This document shows, piece by piece, positions 1 to 11,229 of a DNA stretch of 64,000 bases. Every line of letters starts with the position of its first letter. Positions within the stretch are counted from its first letter, which is position 1. The notes under the pieces are model-generated. The model saw only the letters and a list, made by a program, of their open reading frames with translations. It was not told where the DNA came from and made no database searches. The DNA is from Anthoceros angustus (Eukaryota; Plantae; Anthocerotophyta). A program made the translations under genes and the position numbers. The DNA lies in assembly GCA_010909165.1 (NCBI GenBank), contig MU008190.1, forward strand, positions 1 through 64,000, read 5' to 3'.

Positions 1-2620
1 AATGCGTTTGAAGGCATTCGAAGTGGCTCGAAAAAGGGTGTCACCGGAAAAATTACTACTTTCCATCTAGCAATGTTTGTGGCCAATGGTGGTAAACTCC
101 AACCTAGGAAATAATGCAAAAGTAGGAGCGGTGAGGAAGGCCGTCACGGGCAAACATTGTAAACTCATGTTTGGGAGGAAAATGTGGTTTTGTTATGACA
201 TCACATAAGCCCGCAGACGAGGTATTTCCTCGCCTGAAACATCACCATGGACTTACAGCGTTAACTCGGGACCCGGAAAAAGCAAGATTTGATTTCCACT
301 CATCCCGGAGTTCAATCGCCGTCGTCACTTGGTCCGGCCTCCTGCATTGTCGCCGCTATCTTGGTAGCACTTTGACTCATGCAGTTGTATGGCCACGCCT
401 TTCATGAGCTTATCTCTTATCGCTTTTTGTCCACCGTCTCAGATGTTTAAATCGTTCCAGGATGCTTTAACGTTAAGCGTAGTTCTGAAATGCCATATCT
501 GGGGGATGCGCAAGGAGGCCACAATGGTGGGTGGTGCGGAGGGAGGCGCGGCGCGCCTCACGCCACCATTGGGTCTCATGAGGTGGTGCGGGGAGGGAGG
601 CGGCCGGCGGCGCCTCTCACCAGGTGGCGCGTGGAGGAGGCACGCGGGCGCCCTCCGCACCACCCATTGGCTTGATGGGTGGTGCGGGGAGGCGGCCGCC
701 GGCGCCGCCCTCCGCACCACCCATCGTCGACCCTGTGGTGCTCGCGGGGAGGCGGCCGCCGGCGCCCGTCCTCCGCACCACCCGAGGGGGTCTGGGTGGT
801 GCACGGAGGGCGCGGCCGGCGGCCCGCCCTCCATGGGCGGCCGGCGGCCGCCGGCGCGGCCGGCCGGCGCCCTCCCTCCGCCGTCCTCGGGTGGCACGTA
901 AAGGCGGCGGCCGGCGCCCTCCCCGGGCGGAAAGGTGACACATGGAGGGCGCGGCCGGCCAGCGCCACCCGTCGCCGAGGGAGGTATGCAGGCGGCGGCG
1001 GCGCCGGCGGCGCCCGTCCTCACGCGCCACCACGAGGCAGGCGGCGGGTGGTGCGCGGAGGCGGCCGGCGGCGCCCGCCCTCCCTGCGCACACCCGTTGC
1101 CTGGCCAGGTGGCGGGCGCGGCGGCGCCGCGGCGCGCCCGCCCATCACTTCTCGGGCGCCACAGTGTGGTGCTCGAAGGAGGCCGGCGCGGCGCCCTCCT
1201 CCCATGCGCTACCACCTCGGAATACAAATGGCGAGATGGGCGAGTGAGCCACAAATGGTAGGCGAGATGAGGCGTCGGCCGGCGCGCCCTGAGTGTGGTG
1301 TCTGAGAGGATGTCGCCGGCGCATTGTTGCGATACTTGCTTCCTTGCAAAAGTAGGATAGTCTTGACCATTGGATTGCGTGCGCAATTGAAAGATGTGGA
1401 GGTCTTGTCCAAACTTCACGAGGAGTTTCACCATTTCATATTTGAGATCAATAATTGGAAGGGCACGGAGAATGGCGGCGGGCTTTAGCACGAGGACTTG
1501 GAAGAGGACTCCACGTTTTCAACGTTCCATCGGTAGCGGTCGATGCGGATCCAAGGCCGTAATGTTCTTGACTTGCGTGGCTACTGCGGAAGGATACACT
1601 TTGCTTGTCATGGGCGTCCCGTGGGTTTGACGCCAGTCCCATGGACAAGCGCATGGATTCGGCCATGATGGAGTACGTGTTTGAGTTTTGAAGAGAAGAC
1701 CACCGGCGAGGAGTTCGGGCTTATCGTCTGCGCATGGAGTTGAAGAAGCCCACCATCGAGTCTATGCGAAATTGTGTGGCAAGGAGGCATGGTGTCCTTC
1801 ATCCGGGACAAGACAAACATGAATAACGGCGGATTTGAGGCTCAGTGCGTGGCGATGGTGTCTAAAAGCAAGTTGTGCGAGAATGGGTTCCTAAAAGCAA
1901 GTTGTGCGAGAATGGGTTCCTATGATGCCTAACGCCATGCATGGGACTTTCAACAATGGAAGGGCGTTATTGGGCACTAGTGAAGAAGCTGGTCCACCTA
2001 TCACACGACAAAATTTGGTAGTATGCCCTTACCAACGCGCTAGGCCTTATGACAAAACTTGTCAAAACATTCTCCGAGGAAGGAGATTGGGTTGTGGATG
2101 CTTGTCACGAGGCGCGACAACATTGGCGACATTGTTGAGTGGCGGGCGTATGCGATTGAAGCCGATTTGAGGTGCGGGTACATTGAACAACGCATACATG
2201 GTGTACAAGTCCTACCAGGAGGAAGAGCTAACGTTCGAGCCGCATCGGGTCCATCTCGATTGGGCAAAGGAGGTTTGCATAAGTGAGAAGGATTGCCTTA
2301 AAGCCCAAGTGGTTGCATTAAGTGCGGAAGGTTGAAGACCACGGTGGCGACCTTTTGGATGAGGTCGAAACCCTAGATGCTCTGCGACCGGTCGAACCCA
2401 GCTAGGCCGAATGATCTTGTTGAAGGCGAGCAAGCAATGGAGGAGAAGCGACAACTTTGAGGCGGACGATGTGGACCGCCTCGGAATATGGCGGTGGTTC
2501 TTGACTCGATGTCGGTGCAAGGCATGGATGAGTCGCCAGGCCGCACTCTTCAATGACTTTTGTCGATGCCGATGACCACTCCCTTCTTTAGCAGATGTTT
2601 GTTGCAATGTTCTCACGACC
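1..2620 (-). mobile_element. Degenerate non-LTR (LINE-like) retroelement remnant, tentative
   Basis: Broken minus-strand ORFs. A Pro/Arg-rich low-complexity stretch runs into FRTTLNVKASW...VAIQLHESK (~490-370), which resembles the start of an AP-endonuclease domain (T/SLNVRG...LQETK). No intact RT seen. Confidence 0.35.
527..1200. repeat. Very GC-rich array of alternating inverted motifs GGTGGTGCG / CGCACCACC
   Basis: Units of ~60 nt, e.g. 678-722 ggtggtgcggggaggcggccgccggcgccgccctccgcaccacc; similar units near 527, 581, 735, 795 and 1047. Confidence 0.7.
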
Positions 2621-2639
2621 ATTGAACTGAGACTCCCGC

Positions 2640-5600
2640 TAGTACAGGATTGTCTTCATTGTGTTCCACCACTTCAAGTAAAAGTTTTCGGTTGTGAAAA
2701 ACATATGAAAATGGCAGCCCTCTAAACATTCTACAGAAACGCACACTGACCCACACCCTACTGTGCTCCAGGTCTAGGGTGTTGACTTGAAAACGCATCT
2801 TTTATCACAGGAATGACCTCAGAAAGGGTGTGTGCATTATCAAAGTAGGGCACATATGCTGTTTTAGGTAAGGTGTTCTTCGTGACAAGGGTGTCAAGGG
2901 GCCGTGATATCCCCCTTCAAAATTATCGTGTTTTTATGCCTCCATGTAGGCACTTCCTACTCGTCATCGTATGCACCTCACGAAACTTAGCCCTCCAGAT
3001 TCGATTCCCAATTTTCTTCTTCCCCGCCCGCTTGCGTTCGGCTGAGGCAAGCTTTGCCACTTCCACCGCTTCCCTCCCTGCCTTCTGCAGGCACACGTTG
3101 CACATACAAACCAGCATGGCCATCATGAGTTATTCAGCGTTAATGGGTCTCCACAACAAAGCGGACCATTTGCCTTACCTTCCCTCCAGTCCCTCCTCGT
3201 TTCTTCTGCCCTTCTTGCTGGACATTTTCCTCTTCCGTCCTCCTTCTTCCGGCTGTCGCAGCCCGTGCCCTTGTCACTCGCCCACCGCCGGGTGCCGCCT
3301 CTACTCCTCCTCCCATTTTCCTCTTTCGCCCTCCACCCTTTATCGCTGGTGGCGTTGCCTCAACTGGGGCTCCACTATGCAGGTCCATGCTCTCAGCATC
3401 CGAGGTTGCAAGATATGTGTCTGGCACGAAATTAGGCACATCCTCCTCTTCAGCACCTGCCTCCCCTGCTGCGTCCATGTTATCTGCAGCGTCCCCCCCA
3501 CGACCTGTCCCCCCCTGGCCTCCATCTGTGCACTAGCCTTTGCCGATATCAAAGGCACCTGCATGATGCCCTCTTAGTCCTCCTTCATTCTCTCCCCCTC
3601 GACATCTGCCTCATGCTAGTTACGCGCCTTTTTGCCCCTGCCCCGACCATAGCTGCTGCTGGGTGCTCCACTGCTGTCCGTCCTCCGCCACCCGCTCCTC
3701 CTAGTCCCCCTGCGTTTTTTTGTTTGTCCATAGTGCCCACAAGTGTGTTCCTTCCTCGTGACGGTTCAGTTGCCCCCCTCCGTGCTCCACCACCTTACTC
3801 CTGCCCTCCACACTCCTTGTTCCTACCCTCCATTGGCGTCGTCAGTCCATCTCCTCCCAACGGCCTCCACCCTCCGCATACATGGCCGTCACCTTGCGGT
3901 GTCGGCCACTCCTCCACCTCTTTTCAGTATTTGCTTGCTTCTCACGGCCGTCGTCGTGCCTTCATTGACACCATTCCCGGGCATGCAACTTCCACCAACC
4001 ATGCGCGGCCGGTGGTGTCGAGCACCTGATCGTCCCAGCTGTCACTCGCCCACCGGTGCCTCTACTCCTCCTCCCATTTTCCTCTTTCGCCCTCCACCTT
4101 ATATCGGTGGCGTTGCCTCAACTGGGCTCCACTATGTGTCCATGCTCTCGGCATCCGAGGTTGCAAGATATGTATATGTGGCAATTAGGCACATCCTCCT
4201 CTTGACTGCCTCCCTGCGCGTCCATGTTATCTATCTCCCCGACTGTCCCCCCGGCCTCCATCATGCACTAGCCTTTGCCGATATCAAAGGCACCGCATGA
4301 TGCCCTCTTAGTCCTCCTTCATTCTCTCCCCTCGACATCGCCTCATGCTAGTTACGCGCCTTTTGCCCACACCATAGGCTGCTGGGTGCTCCCTTGTCCG
4401 TCCTCCTTCTTCCGGCCGTTGCAGCCCTTGTCACTCGCCCACCGGTGCCGCCTCTCCTCCTCCCATTTTCCTCTTTCGCCCTCCACCCCTTTATCGTGGT
4501 GGCGTTGCCTCAACTGGGCTCCACTATGTCCATGCTCTCAAGATCCGAGGTTGCAAGATATGTGTCCGCACGAAATTAGGCATCCTCCTCTTCAAGACCG
4601 CCTCCCTCCGGCCCATGTTATCTGCGTCCCCCACGACTGTCCCCTCGGCCTCCATCTGCACTAGCCTTTGCCGATATCAAAGGCACTCGCATGATGCCCT
4701 CTTAGTCCTCCTTCATTCTCTCCCCCTCGACATCTGCCTCATGCTAGTTACGCGCCTTTTTGCCCCTGCCCCGACCATGGCTGCTGCTAGGTGCTCCACT
4801 GCTGTCCGTCCTCCGCCACCCGCTCCTCCTAGTCCCCCTGCGTTTTTTTGTTTGTCCATAGTGCCCACAAGTGTGTTCCTTCCTGGTGACGGTTCAGTCG
4901 CCCCTCTCCGTGCTCCACCACCAGACTCCTGCCCTCCACACTCCTTGTTCCTGCCCTCCATTGGCGTCGTCAGTCCATCTCCTCCCAACGGCCTCCACCC
5001 TCCGCATACATGGCCGTCACCTTGCGGTGTCAGCCACTCCTCCACCTCTTTTCCAGTATTTGCTTGCTTCTCACCTGACGCAGCCGTCGTCGCCCTGCCT
5101 TCATTGACACCATTCCCAGGCATGCAACTTCCACCAACCATGCGCGACCGTGGTGTCGCGGGCACCACAATTACGTCCACGCTGTCACTCGTTTCCCCAC
5201 TCCGCTGCCTCCCTCCTGCATGCCTCCTCATGACCGCGCTTCCCCGTCTCCACTTCACCGCTACTTGTTCATCGTCGCCTTTCCCCCCCTTCCAAGTCTC
5301 GTTGTGCATCGCCTCCTCTGGCCTCCTCCCTCCCAAGCCCCCTTCCGCCCCATCTGCATTCCTTGCTAGCATCTGGACGTCCACGTCGCCACCACGTGCA
5401 CCACTGTTGCCTCCCACCCCTTCCTTCCGTCGCCTCAAAAAGGTCACCATATCAGGATCCATCTCCAATTCAATATCATTAAGAAAAATGGTCATTTCCC
5501 TTGTTCTCCTTGCAATGGCTTGAACCTCTGGTGTCTTCTCATACACTCCCTGCCTTACCCGCTGTAGGAACTCAGGCACAGAACCCCCACTGTCGCGGAC

Positions 5601-6347
5601 CGCCCACAGAGGTTGCATGGAAATTGTCCTCTTCAACCTCCCATACTCTGCCTCTTCTTCCGTTGGGAACCGCCCATGCTGATTCTCAAACCTCACCACC
5701 AGCCCGGCCGCCTCCCTTTCCCCACGGGTTTGGACCCATCCCCCCGTTTTTGGCTAGCCTCTCTTTTGCTGCAATTTCGTACTTCGATGGCTCAAACTTC
5801 CCGTTCCTCTTCAGCTCCATCCGAGCTGTAATACGCGTAATATACAAACTTATCTATATGAAATTGAATACGCCCATATAGCACTTAGAATAATATAGTA
5901 CATTTATCACCGTAGACTACATGCGTATAGTACAAGGATGTATTGATACAGGTATTTGTATATGGACGTATTGAAGGGCGTATTGGTGGTAAATACCAAG
6001 TAAAACGTGGTATTTCAAAGGGCAAAAGTAAAAGGGCAATGGTGGATGGGGAGGAGGTTCGGTACCAAGCCTCCAAAAGTGTTACAAGACCTCTCTTGTA
6101 ACACTTTAGATGTTACAATCATGTTGCAATTTTGAGAGAGGGCAAAACCACCTCTCACTTGATCTTAACATAATTGCAACACCATTGCAACATGATTGCA
6201 ACAACAGCCGTGGTATGGTTTCCAAGCCAAAGTGTAACAAGGGGCCCACAAAGTGTTACATGACCCCAAAATTGCAATATGAGTGTTACATCCAGGGGTC
6301 CAAATCTTAACATAAAGTGTAACATAGGGTGCCCATTTCTAGTAGGG
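2640..6347 (-). mobile_element. Putative CACTA-like DNA transposon fragment carrying unknown minus-strand ORFs (e.g. 4713..5699)
   Basis: The end at 6336-6347 (tttctagtaggg) reads CCCTACTAGAAA on the minus strand, one mismatch from a CACTACTAGAAA terminus. Clustered subterminal motifs gtgttaca/tgtaacac/ttgcaac at 6075-6325. Other end not found; left boundary approximate. Confidence 0.4.
3236..5165. repeat. Tandem triplication of a 0.4-0.8 kb unit (copies ~3236-4025, ~4028-4395, ~4398-5165)
   Basis: tgtcactcgcccacc...tcccattttcctctttcgccctccacc...gccgatatcaaaggcac recurs three times; the middle copy has many 1-3 nt deletions. Confidence 0.85.
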
Positions 6348-6442
6348 CAGATTCCCAAATTGGGCTGTTCCCATGCCCATTCCCTTCCACAACAACTCCC
6401 GCACGCGGGCTGCGTCACTCGTCCCCACTTCAGCTGGACGGG

Positions 6443-8044
6443 TCAAGGAGTTATCCCCAAAAATGTCCTTGAGCTCCGTTGCGGGCTTTCTGCCGAAACT
6501 AACCCTTCCTCCCCTAGGGGTTGGTCTGCAGCTGCTCCCTCATTCGTACCAATCTCTCCAAGTAGTTGTGATTCGTCCTCCGCACCAAAAAGGGGAACAA
6601 CCTGCCGTTTCCCTTTTGCTTTCCCCTCCTTCACCCGCGGCCCTGCTGCCGTCTTCGACCTGGTAATCCTAGGTGTGGTTGTGGGCTCCTCCTCCGCTGC
6701 GGCTGTTCTCCCCTTTTTGGCCGACCCCCGTTCAGTCGTCGCCGCCCTCCTCTTCTTACCCTTGGAAACCTCCCCACCTTCATCCGAATCTTCTGGAGAG
6801 GCGCATTCCCAACTGCTGGAATCCTTTGCTGAGTCCTCCTTAGACTCCTCCTCCTCTACCTTGAGTTCCCTGACCGGTTTCCAGCTATGAAGGGCAGACA
6901 CAACCTGCAACTCCGTTAGGCATTCGGAATGCGCAAACACATGAATCAAAAGGGTGAGATCAAAGAGGGGAGAGGAGAGGGGGAGAGCAAATTCGCTCTC
7001 TCTTCACAGGCCCTCTCGAAAATCATCCTCCCCCAATCAATCCGTGTGCCTTTAACTACTTCATGAAGGAAGACCAGGAAGTGATCCGCCATGTGATCCA
7101 ACTTCCGGTTCTGCAGAAAACACAAAACCCACTTGGCCAATCCCACAAGTTGCACAGACACGAGTTGGCGAGTCACCCATCCATTGTTAACCCTCACTTC
7201 CCCAGGCTTCATGAGTGCGGCTGCAGCCTCGTGGTCTTCTTCCTCCTTAGACTCCTCCTCCTCCGATTCCTCTCGCCCATACACGGCTCGGAAGAGCCCC
7301 AAGTCCCAATTTTGCGGCCTCTTCCTCGCGTCGCCCTCTTGCGACCTGGTTCTCAGTTGGCGGGCGCATTCCTGCACCAATGCTGGACTATCGTAGCACC
7401 ATTTCTTCTCCATGAAGTCCAGGCCCAGTTCCTGCACAAGGCCGCTAGCTCTAACCTTCCAGTGGTCCATATTGGGCCACCGCAGTGGGGATTTCTGCGG
7501 CTCGAGGCGCCATCCCTTTTCCTCCTTCGTTCTCTTGTCAAATCGCCTACGGTTCTCCTCCGGACCTTGGTTCAGAGGGGAAGAAATCTTTCTCCCGCGA
7601 TCCTCCCGCTCCGCTCCGCCCCGGACTTCCTGCCTCAGCGCCTACCCCGATCGCCCCAAAGCGTCTTGGCCTTTCTGTCGCCGCCGCCCTCCTCTCGCCC
7701 ATACACGGCTCGGAAGAGCCCCAAGTCCCAATTTTGCGGCCTCTTCCTCCTCCTCTCGCCCGGCTACTGAAGTCCCATCGCTCCTCCTTGAAATTTACGG
7801 CCTCGCGATGCCGGGTGTGGTCTTCTTCCAGTTGCGCTCCGACTGACTGTCAGCCCCGCTCCGCCACTAGGGTTGTGATCTCCCCCTGGTCTGTACGTCC
7901 CATTTCCGGCCACCGTGGTGGAGCTAGCCACCTCCCCACTTCACTGCCCAACTGTTGCCTAATGTAGGGCATTCCTAGCATATATAGACACTCTTTATTT
8001 CTAAAATCACCAAGACCCAAGGACTCTATATCTGACCTACACAC
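6443..8044 (-). mobile_element. Retrotransposon-associated accessory ORF remnant, frameshifted
   Basis: ORFs 6946..7470 and 6443..6949 join across a T-run (ISPF/LIHVFAHSECLT). The motif IDWGRMIFER...SPLPSLISPF resembles accessory proteins of bryophyte LTR elements. Internal ~57-nt direct repeat at 7270-7327 and 7693-7750. Confidence 0.4.
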
Positions 8045-9155
8045 CCAGGGTCAAAACCTAAGGACCAATTAAAAATATTATTATTGTCATGGGCCAAGGA
8101 CCATTTCCGTATAAAAAGGCCTTACCCGGACAATTCCGAAGCATCCCGTTACACTAACACACAAAAAAACAAAAAAAATTCATTCAACCCGACAGTTCGG
8201 AGAAGGGTTAGTGTACATGTGGTCCTCCACACCCCACAAGCCAGGAAGAGTCAGAGACTGGGGAGGAGCCAGCAGCAAAAAGGGGATGAGAATACCAAGC
8301 AGAAGGGAACTCGTCACCACCCCAGCAAGACAAGAATCCAATTGGTTAGTGACCATAAATGTGCTTTGGGAAATGGAAAGGATGAGGGGTATAGCCTAAG
8401 GTTATTTAAAGATTGACATGGGTGAAATTGCTAGAATAGAATTTACCTAGGATCAGACTGTAGACTTAGATGCCAGGACTTAAATACTTGCGGTAGGAAA
8501 TAATAAAATATTGGGAAAGGTGGCCTGCACGTGATACTTTACTTTGTGAAATCCCCCTCCTCTTATAGGAGAACCTCCACATACAACCTCCCTTGGGTGT
8601 GCCTGTTGCACTTCCATACTAGTGAGTCCTTTGCTCCTTGTAAAGGAATTTCGTGCCGGCTGCAAGCTAACGCAGTGTCTGGTAGAAAAGAAGTTCGCAG
8701 TGGTCGGAGTGCTTGGTAGAGGGCTCGCTCCCTGCAGGCGCCTCGACGAGTTGCTCCCCTTATGAATGGTTGTTGTGAAATTGCTTTGCTTTGGGTGTGT
8801 GGCGATGCCCAAGGAACTCTCGTCTTGAGGGTAGACTACAGGGAAAGACTCCCTGGAGGTTCTCGCTGTCTGGTGTCAAACTCATAGCAACCGGCCCAAG
8901 GAAGAACTTGCTGGCTTGTAGGCGGACCCCAGGCAGTGGTGCCGTAAGGGCGAGCCGGGGCCAATGAGCTTGAAGTGAAGTTAGATTAGGAGGAGGATAA
9001 TGAGTTGAGTTGAGCGTTGAGGAAGATGATGAGTGGAATGATGAGTAGAGGATTAGAGTGTAGACAATAGTGGAAGGCCACAAGCAAAGCCTAAGGGACG
9101 AATCCCAAATCTGTAACAAGAGGGTGCTCAAATTGTTGGAGGAGTTAGTCTTAGA

Positions 9156-9345
9156 GGTGGGAACGAAATCGCGTGGGTCGGGGTCCACAGGCGCCGTGGT
9201 GGACTCCTTTCCACGAGGCATGGCCTCTGATTGTGTGGTGTCGTTGTAGGTGGGAACGAAATCGCGTGGGTCGGGGTCCACAGGCGCCGTGGTGGACTCC
9301 TTTCCGCTGAGGCATGGCCTACAGTTGTGTGGTGTCGTTGTAGGT
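9156..9345. repeat. Tandem duplication, ~93-nt unit x2
   Basis: ggtgggaacgaaatcgcgtgggtcggggtccacaggcgccgtggtggactcctttcc occurs twice; encodes DPDPRDFVPT on the minus strand. Confidence 0.85.
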
Positions 9346-9499
9346 CGGGAATAGGTGAAGTAGTGCAGCTGCTGTAGAGGGAGAGTTAGAGGGCGCCTTG
9401 CTTGTTGAGGGGGCTGAGGTTGTGAATGGGTACAGGTAACGATTGATCCCTCAGAATCCTGTCATGGGATGAAACCCAACGTACTGAGCGACAATGGGA

Positions 9500-11225
9500 C
9501 AGTAATTCCATCGGACTTGAGTTTGGTCTTAAAGACCATTTGCAGCTAATCGGCTTACGACCTTCTGGTAGGTCTACTAACTCCCATGTGTGATTCGACG
9601 AGGGAGTTATATTCATCATCGATGGAGACCCGCAAGTGCTTGCCATCACGGCCATTCAGGGCTTCAGAGTACGACGGTGGATCTGGCCTAACATCCGAAA
9701 CATGTAAGTCTGAAACATTAGCAGCCTGTCTTCTGAAGTCAACTGCCTAATATGGGGGCTCAACCCATTCCTCACGTGATCGCCTTTCTCTTGTTGGGTA
9801 TCGAGGAGGAGGAGCAACTCCCACTTCAGCAATGGGCTCAACCTCAACCGAAACATCAAGGTCAGCAGCATCAGAAACATGATCTTCTGAATCGGATCTC
9901 GAAGATTGTAATGACTATTCATCATCTCCGGAGTCATGTGCATCAGCAGCAAGAGGAACAGCCTCACCCTCATCAACACATGGTTCCTGAGATTGTGGGA
10001 CCACGTCATCCAGACCAGCAAAATCGTCTTGAGAAGGAACCTCTCCGTCCGACACTGGATACTCATAAGGTACCTGAGGTTGTTGAATGTCCATGTCTGG
10101 GAAGAGCTCTGATGAAGATGATCTAGCACTGTCTGGATAATACAAATTCTGTACATGAGTATCAGACCTTGGTGTTGTCAGTTCTGTGAAGCATGCACTT
10201 CTAAACAAGGTAATCTTCGAAGTGACCGGGTCAAACAGTTTGTAAGCCTTAGACTCTTCAGAATCGTCTAGAAAAATTAATGGCTGTGACTTGTCATCTA
10301 ACTTCTTGCGTTTGGCTTCAAGTACATAGGCAAACGCTGGTGACCCGAAGACTCTGAGGTGTAAAAGACTTACCTTTCTCCCCCATAATGCTTCATATGG
10401 AGTTCTACCAGGTAGTGCCATAGTTACTACTATGTTGAGAATATAAGTAGCAATAATTATAGCCTCTGCCCAGAACGACTTTGGTAAAGCTGCCCAAGAC
10501 ACCATGCTTCTGACCATTCCCATCAACGTCTGATTTTTCCGTTCTGCAACTCCATTTTGTTGTTGTGTGCAAGGAACAGAAAGCCGACGTATGATCCCAT
10601 GTCTCTTAAACAGTTTGTCAAATCTGTGACCAGTGAATTCGCCACCGTTATCAGTTCGGAAACACTTCACCAAGTGACCAGTTTGGCGCTGCACCATAGG
10701 GATCCACGCAGAGATAGTTTCAAACACATCACTCTTCAGATGCAGCGGAAAAGTCCAAGTGTAACGAGAATAGTCATATGTCATTGTTAAGTAATACTCT
10801 GCTCCACCGAGAAACTTAACATGTAACTTCCCAGCAATATCAGCGTGAATTAGCTCTAGCACATGCTTGGCTCGAGTTGGATTCCTGTTTTTGAATGGTA
10901 ACTCTTCCTGTTTTGAGAGTATACAGGAACTACACGCTGCCAAATGCTTAAAACAGGAAGGTAACCGCTCACGATAGCAGGAGGAGTTAGCCATCAAATC
11001 AAGTTTGGAGCGGTTTACATGACCAAGACGAGCATGCCACAGGTTTGCTTGAGCACTAGACACAGCAAGCAAAGTCCTGAACCTTGATTTATGCACCGTC
11101 ACTAATTGATACAGGTCATTAACTAACACAGCCTTAGCAATGTATCCTGCAGGGTCTGACAGTAAGTAGATGTAACAAATGTCATCTTCGAACTTGAAAC
11201 CAAACTTTCGACTTTGTGTGGTCAC
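9500..11225 (-). mobile_element. Ty1/Copia pol fragment: GAG-pre-integrase, integrase core, SH3-like region, start of RT
   Basis: LWHARLGH...CSSC, LELIHADI, FRTDNGGEF, QQNGVAERKN, FWAEA, LRVFGS; then NHTWELVDLPEGRKPISCKW in ORF 9386..9655. Confidence 0.93.
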
Positions 11226-11229
11226 AACC

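Noticed and set aside
527-1200. CRISPR-like repeat/spacer array
   Set aside because: Units are degenerate and variable in length, spacers are under 20 nt, there are no cas genes, and the context is eukaryotic.
8200-9380. Second LINE remnant
   Set aside because: Only a vague resemblance to an ORF1/endonuclease junction; not supportable.
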